DNA from: Lytechinus pictus
Taxonomy: Eukaryota
Direction: 5' to 3'
Length of the DNA stretch: 64,000 nt
Assembly: GCF_037042905.1 (NCBI RefSeq)
Contig: NC_087253.1
Span: 17,546,001-17,610,000, forward strand
Part shown: positions 10,857 through 24,369 of the stretch, piece by piece
Position numbering within the stretch: the stretch's first letter is position 1
Layout: each line of letters begins with the position of its first letter
Program-made: the position numbers and the translations under genes
The notes under the pieces: model-generated
What the model saw: only the letters and a program-made list of their open reading frames with translations
What the model was told of the DNA's origin: nothing
The model's database searches: none

Positions 10857-11951
10857 ATGTCATCTTATAGATCGCCGAAATGTTGTGCGAAGAAATTCTG
10901 TGCAATGGTCACATTGTCCATTTTTCTTCTGGTCAGCTCTGCTTGGATGTTTCTAAAAGTCGTTGATCAGAATCCATATGGGTTTGGCTGGCTGAGGACC
11001 GTTCATTGGACACCAGGGACCCTACAAGTGGATTCCTATGGCTTTCCGATCAATCCGATGGATACGTGTAAGGAAGGGATTACCACGATCAAGCTGCTGG
11101 TTTTGGTGAAGTCCGCACCCTCTCATAAATCACTCAGGGATGCCATACGAGAGACCTATGCCAGTGGTATCAAGGAGTACAATGTGTCTGCAAGGGTGTT
11201 GTTTGTCCTAGGAAACACTGAGGATGAGCAGAACCGAAAAGCCATCGGGAAAGAAGCTGAACTGTACGGGGATATCTTACAAGTGGACTTTACCGACCAT
11301 TACTATAACCTCACCATCAAACTCGTTATGAGCTTTGAATGGGTGGTCAACTTCTGTCGGGACACTGAGTTTGTGATGTCCATAGACGATGATGTTATGC
11401 TTGACGTTGTGACTCTTGTCCAGGATTTAGAAGCGCTACCAATGGAGCGTCAGTCGGACTTCTTCCTGGGGATGCCAAACACCTACCCACCAAACCGTAA
11501 GGTGTTCAGCAAATGGTACATCCCGAGAGAGTTGTACCCAGAGGATACCTACCCAGTGTCACCGTTTGGTCATGGATATGTAATGTCACAGGATGTGGTA
11601 CAGAAGCTCTACGAAGCCTCCAAAGAATACCCTCCTATAGTTCCATTTGATGACGTCTACTGTGGAATGCTTTTGCAAAGGAAACACATCGACATTGTCA
11701 ACAGACTAAACTTCTACAAAGAGCTTCATCCGAAGAGAAGATCCAAAGACTACATGATGCTCGAACTCTCAGAGGGGGCCATGAAACGAACTTGGGCATC
11801 CATGCGCTTCGGGACCCTATTCGAAAATCCCCAAAATTTCACATGTACCAATTCAGTATTGTTTTGGTTGATATTACTATTATTACTCATAATCATTATT
11901 GTAAAGTATTTGCACCATGCCAGTATTGACCACCAGATAACTCCTTCGTAG
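10857..11951 (+). CDS. GT31 beta-1,3-glycosyltransferase paralog B, ~364 aa, two hydrophobic segments
   Basis: Within ORF 10791..11951. Same GT31 motif set (LLVLVKSAP, GDILQVDFTDHYYNLTIK, SIDDDVML, SKWYIP, FDDVYCGM). ATG 10857 (agcATG, purine at -3) gives the same length as A; upstream in-frame ATG 10791 is an alternative. Confidence 0.92.
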   Translation: MSSYRSPKCCAKKFCAMVTLSIFLLVSSAWMFLKVVDQNPYGFGWLRTVHWTPGTLQVDSYGFPINPMDTCKEGITTIKLLVLVKSAPSHKSLRDAIRETYASGIKEYNVSARVLFVLGNTEDEQNRKAIGKEAELYGDILQVDFTDHYYNLTIKLVMSFEWVVNFCRDTEFVMSIDDDVMLDVVTLVQDLEALPMERQSDFFLGMPNTYPPNRKVFSKWYIPRELYPEDTYPVSPFGHGYVMSQDVVQKLYEASKEYPPIVPFDDVYCGMLLQRKHIDIVNRLNFYKELHPKRRSKDYMMLELSEGAMKRTWASMRFGTLFENPQNFTCTNSVLFWLILLLLLIIIIVKYLHHASIDHQITPS

Positions 11952-12511
11952 TTACACATTTGAAGACATACAGTTGTGCTCAAAATTTAGTGAACCCTAC
12001 CACAAAATGCACTCCTTAATTCATGCTGACTGTTGAATGTAGACAACAGCACTACAATGTTTGGCGAGCCAAGATAAACACCTTTTATTGAATGTAATAT
12101 TATGTTTCCTTACTTCACATTTAAATATCTAGCACATGGCAGAACCTGAACACTTTGAAATATGATAATTTTCCGGTTTGATTCGCTAACCTTTGAGCAT
12201 CACTGTATATAGTCAATTGGTCTACAAGCCTAATTGTCGTTTAATTATGCACTTCACTTCCTTCGTCTTCATCATCTGCTAATGAAGCTGAATAGTTGAT
12301 CCAATATCCACCTTATCTAGTTTTTATTTTTACTTTGTCAAATGAGAATTTGGTTGATAAAAAGTTTGACATATCCATAAAGACTAAGTAGACATTAGAC
12401 GAAGTGGTTAAAGCCTTAATGGAAAATAGACATAATGGTAGGAAGATGAAGTGGCAGTTAGACCAAAAGGTTTTTAAACGAACTGATTGGAGACAAAATG
12501 GGTTAGATCAT

Positions 12512-12663
12512 CTGGGGCCCGTTGCAGAAAGTGTTGCAATCAATCGCAAGTCTAAAAATTTAAGCGCAACTTGATCTTCAACCAATCAACAGCGCGCATT
12601 TGGGGCTTGCGATTGACTTTTTGGCTTGCGTTTAAACGCAACTCTTTCTGCAACGGGCCCCTG
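12512..12663. mobile_element. ~150-bp palindromic MITE (copy at 47274-47425)
   Basis: ggggcccgttgcagaaag ... ctttctgcaacgggcccc. Confidence 0.85.
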
Positions 12664-14441
12664 GGCTGAGACCAAGCGGGCAGTAGCCACAGTGATTGTA
12701 GACTAATTTACCCTGTCTTTTATGCTGGTCAAAGACTGTCTTTGTGAAGAGAGAATTTCGAATTTGAAACAACAAACTACAGAAGTGTACATGAACATTC
12801 TGTCGGATGTGTAATTGCATTAGGATTCGCGGAGAAGAGATATGAAGAAAAACACTGTATTACTTGTATTAAGGAAGTTGCTTTAAGTGTTTGTGGAGTT
12901 TCACTTTCATTGTAAGTCTTTTTTTTATTTTTTTTGTTTAGTGAAAGGAATATTACACTGAAGTCAATTGGATGAAAATAATAGGAAGTAAATCGTTTGA
13001 AAAATAAAATCTCGAAAAGAATATGACACGATGAGGATCAAGTAATGAGGAAGTGTTTTTGCTGTAAACTATATTTACCATAAAACTATAAAATATTGGC
13101 AGCTATACAGGTATAAACTGAGAGTATAGAAGTATGTTATGAAATTTGATATCAAGGGTAAATTCTACAGAATTTAAAAAGAAAGGCTTGCGATTTTCAT
13201 GGGTAGGCTTATCTAAAAAAAACCTTTGACCGAGGTAATATTAATATTAATAATAATGATAATAATGATAATAATAATAATAATAACAATTACGTATATG
13301 TCCAATTACTAAAGTCGAGAGGAAATTACTTAACTGGTCTTCAGTGTAACTACCTCATATGATGTCATTACATCATCTATATAATCATTTGATGTGTTTG
13401 ATGATCTGTTAACGCATTTACTGTAACTTTCTTTCACTGGAAAACATACATTTTCTTATAAAGGAACTACCTCAACTAGCTCGAAAAAGAAGTTAGTTTT
13501 TCATTTTTTTCATAAGCATATCATATTAATTTTCCATGATGATTCAAAGACATTCTTGACCTTTGCTTGATTCGTTCAATATCTACATGATTAACTGAAA
13601 TAACAATGAGTGCGTTTGGGGAAAGGGTGGGTGTGCTAATAATCGTGTTGCAAAATGTTCTATATTTAAAATGTCTACTTTACCATGTTTACTTTGTTTT
13701 TATTATTCAATCATGTATGTTGGTTTTGCATTTTTATAGCTGTAGTATTACATTTGTATACGAACTTGCCAATAAGAAGTCTTCAGCTGATATGTGTGTA
13801 AACCGTATTAAAATAAATAGCACTAACAAATAATTAAGCTGTAAAGTAATAGAAGGAACATGAATATAATTTTCTCTTTGAAGTATCACATATGTGCCTT
13901 ATAGTATACACTAATACACTGATAGGATAAAAGTTTAAATTATTTGTTGAGGGATATATTTTGTTTTTTCTACTGGCGAGCACATGCAAAACAGAGTCAG
14001 GAACACAACGCATTTTCTTTATTTTTTGTTTCATTTATTTCATTTATTTCACTCGATAAAAATAATATATATACAGGTAAATAAGAAATACATAATGACA
14101 AGAACAAAACAAAGTAACAAAAATGACAATACAGTAAATAGTGTGCAAAACAGGCTTCGAGTGTGGACTGGCATTAAAGATCTGTTGGATCTTAGAAGTT
14201 CCAGCCCAATAAAGAAAGAAAAAGAAGGGATAAAAAATAGAACATACAAAAAAAAAAGACAGACTCGCAGTTGTAATGTGTGGTTTTATACCAGGCACAT
14301 ATACATGGATGCATACTTTGATCATTGCTGCATATTATTATGATTTGTAAAACACACAAGAACAAAATACAAACTACCACGTATGGGATTGACATTAAAC
14401 ATAAATTTATCTACAAACCAAATAATTTCAGTTAACACTTA

Positions 14442-14661
14442 GGGGGTGTTGCAAAAATATTAGCAATCAATTGCAAATTTCAGATAAAAAATTACAAGAA
14501 ACAAATCGAATTTAACTAAAACAAACTATCAATATATATTTTTTTGATACAGGAAGCTGACCATAAATCAATAGCAAATTTGCAATTAATTGCATGACTT
14601 TGAATTGATTTTGGGACCTAATGTTGACTTGCGATCAACTGCAAGTTTCTTGCAATACCCC
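14442..14661. mobile_element. Palindromic MITE
   Basis: ggggtgttgcaaaaa ... tttcttgcaatacccc, with caatcaattgc/gcgatcaactgc subterminal motifs. Confidence 0.6.
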
Positions 14662-15917
14662 ATTAGATTAAATGATAATGTGGTTGTCCGAACTGAAACC
14701 ATCAGCCGTTGAAGGCTGACGTACTGTACGTGAAGCCAGTCGTTTTTTCCTGCAATCTTATTTCTTATATTCCTATTTTTCAAGCATTCCAGTCCTGGTA
14801 TCAAGATATTGCATTTTGTTAACAGAATTCGTAATTCTTTATATGAAGATTTATTTGTGTTTTTTTTAATGCAGTAAATTAATAAACAGTTGCAGGAGCC
14901 TCCCAAGACCACCCCCCATCTTTACGCCAGTGACATTCACCGGAGATAATGTTTTTTCCCATTTGCTGGCGAGCAATAAAATTATTGTTTAACCGTGCCA
15001 GGGGTAGCCGATGTTGGACATTGATTTATTTGTATTTGGACATATAATGTTTCTACAGTTTGTGAGTCACATACACAAATATGGCAGAAATATTGTACTG
15101 TATTATACAGCACACGGCGTTGTGTAAATATGATGTGTATGTATTCATATGAATGTGATGTTTGAGGAATTATAACTAACAATAACAATGTTTAGATATA
15201 AAAAGTTTGAATTTTGAATTTCATTTTTTTATTATGTTTTTAAATTTAGAATTCCAAATTTAGTATTCCAAATTCTAAATTCTGAATTTCAAATTTTGTT
15301 TTTGAATTTTAAGATATAACTTATGATCTTATATTGAAAGAGAATGTTTTTTTTCGTGTAGGCTACGCCGTTTTGATTAAAGAGAACTGTTTGCTTCTAA
15401 TGTAGGACTGTTATTTTGACATTTTGTTTCCTTTTATGTTTACATTCTTGATGCTTCTGTTGTCATCAATTTTCATTTTACTTTCAACCTGCTTCTCTTG
15501 TCATTCTTTCCCCCATTGAGATGTGTTAATTCATGACATTCCAACATCTGATTCTTTTGTTCAACATTCTTATTATGTAATCATCCCAACATCTTATTTC
15601 ATCTCCGTCCACCTACTGGTTATTTTTATGAATTAGACCCCTCCACTTTTAGTTGGTTCCTCCACTCTGTTTGTCTGTTTGATAGGTTGATTTTACTTAA
15701 TTTGAATATATGTAAATTGTGGATATAATTTGAGTCACGATGTGGCAAAGCAGCCCTCTAATAAAATCAGTGCACTACAATACTTCATTGAGTACAGTTC
15801 CATTTTGTTCTGTCTCCTAAATCCCTCTTCTCTCCGTTTGCTGTACTATTTGATGTGTGATTGAGCTTTTGTTATTCCCTTCATCGGTTAAACATTTTAT
15901 TCCCCATAGACTGTCCG

Positions 15918-16104
15918 CCCTTTCACACGTAAAAAAAAATCGTAATTTGAATCATGATTCCAGTGAAATATAAGGCTAATGGCGAATATCTAGCACGTGT
16001 GAAACCAAACTAGAACATGATTAGAATCACGAACTCTGATCACAGTCACGATTACAATAGCAATCATCATTACAATGATGAATCAAGATTCACCTGTGAA
16101 AAGG
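15918..16104. mobile_element. MITE
   Basis: ccctttcacacgt ... acctgtgaaaagg termini; internal gaatcatgattc repeats. Confidence 0.5.
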
Positions 16105-17129
16105 CCTTGGTATCATTTTAAACCCAAGAGTATTTATGGAAACCCTGTTGCTAGGCAACCGTTTCCAAGGAGTACATTACCTTTGATTGGATCACTCAGC
16201 TACGTCGATTTATTTGTAGCTTATATTGCTTTGACTCATAATGGGTTAATTGTGATAAAGATCGGCGCATTCGCTCTTACTTTGAACCGTTGATGATACA
16301 AGCACGTCACCGATTAGCAGTTGCTAAAACAAACAACGCCTCGGGAGGGAGTTTCCACACCGGGATTCACTCTGGATTCAAGAACAGAGTGTAGAAAATG
16401 CCGATCGAATGACAAATAAAAGAACAGCTGGGAGGTCTTTGTCGAAAATTGGTATTCGTTCTAAGTTCCGGACCTGACGAAAAATTGCAAATATGTCGGT
16501 AGTCCAGAGTTGTTCATTGTCATGAAGGGCATTTGACAACACATTTTCTATGTTTCTGAATCTGTCGTGTGTCGAGGAGCGAAAATCATTATGTCTGAGA
16601 CCTCATGGCCCTAGTTGGGAACCATTTTTAAAAAAGGGGCTGCTTGTTTGGAAGACAAATTTGACAAGCAAAAGAAAAAAAAAGTTTTTCACTACAAACA
16701 CTTTAAACAAATTGACCCCTTTTTTTATTACAAATTTGCTATCAGCTAATCAAATTGATTGATTTCAGTAGCTTTTAACTGTTATTGCAAATATGTTATT
16801 ATAACAAGTTTTATGACACGGTCCGATGGACATTAGGCTAAAGGATAGTTAGAAACGCGATTGTCTGTAATCCAAATTACAGGGGGAAGTTCGAGCGCTG
16901 GTCACGTCCTTACACGGTGACGTCTGTCTAGACGCAAATAATCATCACTCGTTAATACACGTCTGTAAAAGATCAATTAGTCATGCAAAAAAAAAACACA
17001 CACGCACCCTCCCATCCCCACACACTCATCGAAACACACATACACATGCAGCCACCCTCACACGCCCTCACCACAGCCTCCCTCACTCCACACACACATC
17101 CTCTCACACAACACCCCACATCCACGCAC

Positions 17130-17328
17130 ACATTATTATTGTTATTTTTGAACAAGTGCACACCTAGTTACCAATAATGCATATAGCATTCCCATTTATT
17201 TGAAAGCAGGATAAAATAGCATTGTAGATTAAACACCTAGCTGACGGCATAGGTGCCGCGGCCGGGGATCGAACCCCGGACTTTCCATGTATAGCTAGGC
17301 GCATTAGACCACTCGGCCACGGCACATC
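17130..17328 (-). mobile_element. tRNA-derived SINE (family also at 21276-21358 and 53538-53715)
   Basis: Minus strand: A-box TGGCCGAGTGG, B-box GGTTCGATCCC, body ttcaaataaatgggaatgctata, (aat)n tail. Confidence 0.8.
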
Positions 17329-17404
17329 TCATGTCTATTATTGGGTAATAAGTCTATCCATTGAAGTGTTTTGGTTTCTTGTTTCTTTAAAGGGAAGAGC
17401 GGGT

Positions 17405-17800
17405 CGTATAGACCGGTTCGGAGTTACTTCATGGACAATTTTGGTCAAATGACCTTTCATTTCTTTATTATGATAGGGAGATTTCAAAGCAAGATATTAC
17501 GTAAGCATGCCTTACATAGCAGGGTGAAGAAATTGAATAGACCAGGTGACTATAATAGCATACCAATGAACACTCTATGAAGGAATTTCATTTCTACTTG
17601 ATAGATAGTGTTACAATGTACTTGGCAAACTGTGAAATACCAGTCGTTTGTGGACGCATTGTTCTTTTTGTGCCAAATGAAAAACACAATTCAAAAGAAT
17701 ATAATAATCAAGACGTCAAGTTGGTGCTTATCTCATTGCATTTATACCACCATGTCACTTTAGTATAGTACTAATGACCTTCTTCTGATCATGCGCAGAG
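17405..17800. mobile_element. DNA-transposon-derived repeat fragment (inverted homologue at 55538-55940)
   Basis: tagaccggttcggagttac..., accaggtgacta, ggtgcttatctcat and ccttcttctgatcatgcgcaga all recur as reverse complements at 55538-55940. Confidence 0.7.
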
Positions 17801-18134
17801 TCTTCTGATCATCAGTGCTTAGAGTGGAACTACGAACTGGCTTGTATACTGAATATAACTCTGCAGTAATGTTATTTCAATTAAAAGCCTGTAGGCGCGC
17901 TTGGATATAGCCTAATTAGCGTTACAGTCACACCTACGAAACTGACTCCAAACCGACCAATGTTATGATATTCCATTCGAATAAAGGAAAATAATTTCAT
18001 TTGATCTGTCTGGAATCGACTTCGAAATTAGTTTTCAATTGAATAAAGGGGTAATATAAAAAAAAAATCCATATTTTTTTGTTCGAGAGGAAATCATGAA
18101 GTCGAAGTACCTAATTGATCGTGGGCCCGGCAGC

Positions 18135-18390
18135 GATGCAATGGCGTGTTTTCCTTCGGCAAGAAATTTACCCACATTGTGCTGCACTCGACCCAGGTGG
18201 GGTGAATGGGTACCCGGTAGGAAGAGTTTCCTCGAATGCTCGAGCGCCCGATCAAGGTAGCCGTGCTAAAGCCGGGGTAATAACAACGCAATCATGTTAA
18301 GCAGGGCTCGCTGGGAGAACAGTTTTCGGAATTGAGGTGGCCATGGGTAAAAATATGTCGTTATTAATAATATTATCATTATTATTATTG
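18135..18390 (+). mobile_element. 5'-truncated SINE (same core as 43987-44270)
   Basis: atggcgtgttttccttc.gcaagaaatt.acccacattgtgctgcactcgacccaggtg core; (att)n tail. Confidence 0.75.
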
Positions 18391-18394
18391 TGTA

Positions 18395-18547
18395 GCGCCA
18401 GATCGACGAGGCTCTATACGCCAAACAGGGTATAGCAGCAACTCCCATATTTTTATGTCCTCTTGGTCTGACGCGACCGGGGGGGGGGGGGGGGTGAACT
18501 CCCGACATCCTGGTTGTCAGACGGACGCTCTACCAACTGAGCCAACA
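18395..18547 (-). mobile_element. tRNA-derived SINE, different family
   Basis: Minus strand ttggctcagttggtagagcgtccg (A-box) ... gggagttcaccc (degenerate B-box), then non-tRNA body. Confidence 0.7.
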
Positions 18548-20454
18548 CATTGCTTGGTTACAAGACCAAATCCTTTATTATTTATGCTTTTATTTCTCTC
18601 TCTTTCTTTCTCCTTCTGTTTTTTTTTTTACTAATAAATATCAAGGAGGGAGAGGGGGTGCCATCTTAAGGTCGTCTTGAAAAAAAAAACCTTGGGTCCG
18701 TTTCATGAAACTTATTATATCAACAAGTTTAAATAATTGTTAAAAGCTACTAAAATCCTTTAATCGAATTGGCTGATAGTAGAATTGTTATAGAAATCGT
18801 GCATTTGTTATAATAATGTGTCTTCATGAAACAAAACCCGAATCTTGTTCGAACGAAAAGTCGGACAGAATATTAGAATCCGGCTTTGTTGTTTGTATCA
18901 TTAATTTCTCGATAGTTTAAAAAAACATTAATTTGTGGAGAGTGGCCACCAGAACTTAGTAGACACGTTTTTGGCCTAATATAACTCATTACATAATCAA
19001 GTGATACAGATGGAATAGCTTTCATAAGGTCAGCACATTAATCTGCATTTGCTCCTCAATTCGGCAACAATCCTTAATTTTCTATCCATTTTTCCACCAT
19101 AATCAATCCATCAACAATATGAATATGGATTTAACACGAGTCAAAATGTGAAATAGTTTTCGTTCTTCATTTCAAACGGGTTATTTCATAGAGTTGCCAA
19201 TTTAGAGTGCGCAATATTCGGTTTTTATTCAGGAACGGTACCAAATGCTACATTGTATGATCTCTTTTAAGTAGATTTTTGTTCTTTCCTCTCATATTCG
19301 AAATAATTGCTAGCATACAGATTAAAGAGGAAGTGTCTCCCAATTGAAGCACCGTATATAGTCTGGTAGGGAGATAGGGTTTCCATGCACCCGAATTATA
19401 TATTTTTTTAACCTACATTTTTGTAATCCTTAAGATGTCTAGTAAATGACTTTTAATGTTCCCAAAACAAAATATTTTCCCATGGGGTTCAAATCCAAGA
19501 TGGCGTCCAAAATGGGCGCCATATTCATGGAATTTGGAGTTTCGTACATAGATTCCGACACAAACATTCATTTGCCACAAAATTAGTGTCATATGAAAGA
19601 TAAATACATTTTCTACAAGTTGATACTATTCATGGGCGATGAAAAGGTAATTCGGCTGAGATTTTAATTAGAAAAGTGAAATTTTGAGATTTTTTTCCAA
19701 AAAATTGAAAATTTGTGAAATACATGATTTACCATAAAACAAAAGAAAATGGGGGGATTGCTTAGAAAATTTCTAGAAAACTTTTTTAATATACAAAAAT
19801 TGAGTGGACGAAATTCCAAATCGATATCATTTTTAGTCACAAACTTATAACGTCTCAAACTTGAAAATTCAATTGTCAGAAATTTAGCTTTTTACTGCAT
19901 ATCGGAGACTTGGATATACTATTGTATGTTGTCACATTTTCAACCCAGAAAATGGAAATAGGCCTTAATAAAATGCGAAATTATCTATTATTTTGTTTGT
20001 AGAATTATCTACAATCCCTTTATTCTTCAATTTAAAGTCGGGTGATATAGTTTTGGAAAGAATTACGACTTTTGGCCAAAATTTGTATGTTTTTGGTAAA
20101 AAAAAATGCACATGCACTGTTATTGATCAAATTTATTATAAATATCAGTAATAAATGCACAATCTCAACATTCGATATGAAAGAGGATGTATCAACGAGA
20201 ATATTGGCATGCTTCCTGCCACCGGAAGTATCTTCATTTGCTTCAGAGCATATGCTGAATGTATTAAGCGATTTTGCGCTAAAGCGAGGTCAAAAAGTAA
20301 CCTCATTGGTGGCAGTCACACCCATGAAAACGATTGCAAAGTGATTAATGGCATGTCATTCAAATAATACAATAGCTTTGATCAGCCTCTCGCATCGATT
20401 GTGTTGGTATGACTAACACAAGGTAATGTACAGTATAGAATGTGCATGGTAATA

Positions 20455-20993
20455 CCCGGGGGGGGGGGGGCACTCGACCAAAAAAGTGGTAGGGGTGTGC
20501 CGCGGGCGAGGCAAAAAACGGGGGGCTTGGAGCGGGCTTATTGTAAAAAGGAGGATCCTCGGAACGGGCTTCGGAACTACAAATGTTTGTGAAAACGGGG
20601 GTCCTCGGAACGGATCTCCGTATCTCTGTGAGTGCGTATGCATCCCTATGGAACGGGCAATCGTGCATGACGCAGCTAGCGCGGCCTCCGCCGGGTGCGC
20701 TCGGGCTTAGGCGATGGTCGAAAAGCGCTCTACGGCCGCTTTTCACCAAAATTGTAGCAGATCAATGCGACCGGAACGGCGTAACGAAAAATATGCGAAG
20801 CTTTGGAGCGGATTTCTTTCTTCTTTTTTCTCGATAAGAAGGAAATGCTATGCCTTGGAGCGGCTTTCTTTGTTCTTTTTCTCAATAAGACAAAAATGCT
20901 ATGCCTTGGAACGGAAATTTGAGTGTAAAAATGGGGGTCCCCTCCGCGGCACATACCCACTATGCATTATATACTGAGTGCCCCCCCCCCGGG
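20455..20993. mobile_element. GC-rich non-autonomous DNA transposon with CCCGGG termini and 7-bp TSD
   Basis: cccggg(g)n-cactc ... gagtg(c)n-cccggg; ggtaata duplicated at 20448-20454 and 20994-21000; internal ggaacgg repeats. Confidence 0.85.
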
Positions 20994-21275
20994 GGTAATA
21001 GAAATGTATCTGATTCAGAAGGATGCAAAGACAAAAAGGTGTTTCTGTTACATCATAAAGACATTTGTTTAATGAAGTTTCTTGGAAACAGTTATAAGAT
21101 ACACCAGCATGCAGTGCAGGTAATAGAGATGAAGTTCTGACACATCAATACACAACTGAAAGGAACATGTCAAAGCTACCCCCACCTTATCTGTATCTTG
21201 AATCTGTGGCCTGTATTCCGAAATCAGGTTTATTTTCCAATACGGTCGACTAGTAACTCTAGTCGACCGTAAGCA

Positions 21276-21358
21276 GGCATAGGTGCCGCGGCCGGGGATC
21301 GAACCCCGGACTTTCCATGTATAGCTAGGCGCATTAGACCACTCGGCCACGGCACATC
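21276..21358 (-). mobile_element. SINE tRNA-like head, identical to 17246-17328
   Basis: 83-bp exact match; no SINE body follows. Confidence 0.8.
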
Positions 21359-21400
21359 CACACATACTCCCCCACCCTCATACACGCACTCACAACGGCA

Positions 21401-21626
21401 CACTGCAAAAACTCCGGTGTTGATTTAACACCAGCCCGGAATCTATATATGTCCACACCAGAGAAGCGTTAAACAACACCAGTTTCGTTTTGATCTAACA
21501 CCAGAAAGGTGTTTATTCAACACCAATTGGTATTAAAACAGCATCAGTTTGTTCCAAACTGGTGTTGTTTCAACACTTCTCTGGTGAGGACATATATAGA
21601 TTTCGGGCTGGTGTTAAATCAACACG
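21401..21626. mobile_element. CACT-type palindromic MITE
   Basis: cactgcaaaaa..gtgttgatttaacaccagcccggaatctatatatgtcc ... ggacatatatagatttcgggctggtgttaaatcaacac. Confidence 0.8.
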
Positions 21627-24143
21627 CGCACATACACCGCCTAACAACCTTCCCCACACACGCCTACACTTGAATACACCCACATATCCCCACGCACACA
21701 CACCTCACTGTACAATGTCGTGCAATCGCACTATCAGTTGTATTACAATGGACATAGCCTCCCAGCATGCCCATTGTGAAGTCAGCAGACGTTCTCAGGG
21801 TCACATACACGGCTGCATCATTCTGATCAATCAATTTGAAATATCGAAGGGAAGCGAAGCGCAAGGATTGATTTCTTTCATCACCATGGCGACCAACCAG
21901 CACAAGCCACCGCCCAAATACATCTTCATGCATGCAGATAGGGACTGCATCTCCGATATATGTAAAGGATTAGATCGGGTGTAGTTTGATGGGGGATGAG
22001 TTAGAAACGACCACTACATGACATCAGTAACCTTCACGATGGATCATATATGGTGTTCAGGGAAAACGCTGGTGTATTTTGAAGATTCCCCTCTCCCCCT
22101 TCTATTACTTGAAATGACATACTTATTGCGCAAAAGTATGCTACGAATATTTCTCATGAAGAAATTCATTATTTTTTTTTCAGTAGTTATGACGTGCATA
22201 ATTAGCGAAAAGGTGATTTGCATAGAACCTATTAAAAGTGGTAACGAATTGTCCAAATTCCATGAAAATATTCATGCGAGACATCATTTCGCATTCCACT
22301 CTATCTGTTATCGTTATAGTTTTGCCCCAAAGTGTAAAACAATCGGCTTGATCAGTTGAACAACCACTCCTATAAAACAGATATGACAGAATTCACTGTA
22401 GTCCAGATATAAATGATAAACAGACAACTGGCGCAAGAGGCTTGGGCACTGATACCCCTCCCCCCAAAAAATAAAAATTCTACGACCTAGAAAAAAGAAA
22501 AGAAAGAGAGGGAGAAACAGAAAAATTAGTAAATTATGATATTGTTTTCTGAAAATTGTTTCAAAGTATATTCAATTCGATATAATACTACATGTATGGA
22601 ATACTATTCAATAAAAATAACATCAGATTGTGATTTTAAAAAGCCACCAATTTTGCACGGTCGCTTTGCTCCCTTGCAACTTTTTGTAAATGCACCCATT
22701 ACACCCCAATGTGCCCTCTCAAGATACTATTTTTGCGAGATTTAAGTGGTGGAAAATGCCCGCAAGAGTCCATCAAAGGGCTGACTAAACAAGAATACCA
22801 CAAACAAAATGCAATTTCACAAAACTTTAGATAATCAAAAATTAAAAAGAAATGTTTTTTGTTAGTTTCTTTACACGCACTATTATAAAAAGTGTGTGTG
22901 TGGGTGGGTGTAAGGATGGGTGTGTGTGTGTGTGTGTGTGTGGGGGGGGGGGAATGGATCCCCCAAAGGCCCCCGTCTGGGATCCGCAACCCCTATCAGG
23001 GACAGTAGTAATGATACCATCTATTAACGAAGGAGTCTCAACCAGCTCCTATCAACTTTACAATAATACCCATCCTTTTATCTTAAGTGCTGATTAATCA
23101 CCCCCAGTGAGATGCCATTATCTTTCAGCAACCTGGAGCAAAGGCATCATAGGGGGTGAAATGAAACCAGTAATTAACTTCATCTCGTTACAACCAACGA
23201 CTAGGATTATGACGAATGCTGCCATTTTAGTGTAATGTATGCCTATTTTCGACGCCCCTCAAATACTGCAAGGCGTGCTTATTTTACTTCATTTATAGTA
23301 AAAAGATACTATGTAGTTATCATATTTTCACTTTGAAACCACTGAGTGAAAATAAATAATATTACCAGTTTAGAGAAAATCGTAATGCGAAAACCCACTC
23401 AAGACGAACCAATTCTTATATATATGTTTGGAGTCGATATTAAGAGAATGACTTCAGCTGCATAAATCGGCAAAATTTGATACGTATTCTTGTACAAGTA
23501 ATAAAGTATAAACCCCCCAATTCACTAAACAATACTCCTTCATGGACCTATCAGTAATAGCAGTAAAAGCAGTAATAGCCTAAAACAAGATTTCAGATAT
23601 GTTTTGATTTTTTATGTTACTTTTTTCATGCATGATACCGATTAAAGTACTTTTCAAGGGGAAGTCTCTATGTACAAGGGGGTGGGAAAGTTTCCCGCCC
23701 CTCTAACGCTCCTGCCTGTTACAGAAAGCTTAGTGATTGAACAAGTAAAAATAAATTTTGCCACTGATTATATGCATCCAGTAGTTTGAATACAGTCAGT
23801 CCCTGAATGAGTTTCGCGTTATGACACCATGAATTGGGCTCTATTCTACCAGTACCCAGTAAATGTAGGAATACAATGAGGAAGCCTTGTAGTTTGTCAT
23901 ATATCTCTTTCACCGTTCATTTTGAAAAACGTGAGCTTTATTCAAATGCTCTCTGAATATGATTGCCGTGTGTACCTACACAGTTCAGTACAAAACGCAG
24001 TAGACTGTGAGAACCTCAATGGCTTTTCACAATTTATATTCATATTTGTGCCTTTGAAGTGCATGGTGATCGTCGATAGAGACAGAAACACACACACACA
24101 CACACACACACAAATTCATTGTGTTGAAGTGTGAGACAAGGAA

Positions 24144-24369
24144 CAGGGGCGGCACTTAATCACATATTACTTAAATATCGAAAAGAAGGACGGAAAGGGG
24201 AAAGAGAAAGAATAAGGAAGAAAGAAGAAAGAAGAGAGAAGAGAATGGAAAAGGAGGATGGGCTGTGCAACGCTATAATACTCCAAATATTTAATTAGAG
24301 CCCCCCCCCCCAAAAAAAAAAAAAAAAAAAAAATCTTGCCCCACTCGAAAAACTCTAGCGCCGCCCCCG
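24144..24369. mobile_element. hAT-like MITE
   Basis: caggggcggc ... gccgcccccg termini; purine-rich and poly-C/poly-A interior. Confidence 0.5.

Noticed and set aside
17246-17328. Apparent tRNA genes here and at 18470-18547, 43987-44070, 46417-46487 and 53538-53612
   Set aside because: A/B boxes are present but the cloverleaves are imperfect, and most run on into SINE bodies and tails.
19325-20420. Probable DNA-transposon remnant (caagatggcg/aaaatgggcgcc motifs)
   Set aside because: Could not define termini or a second copy.
20360-21140. Cluster of overlapping GC-rich ORFs
   Set aside because: Mostly within the CCCGGG-ended MITE; stop-poor because of GC content; no transposase motif.
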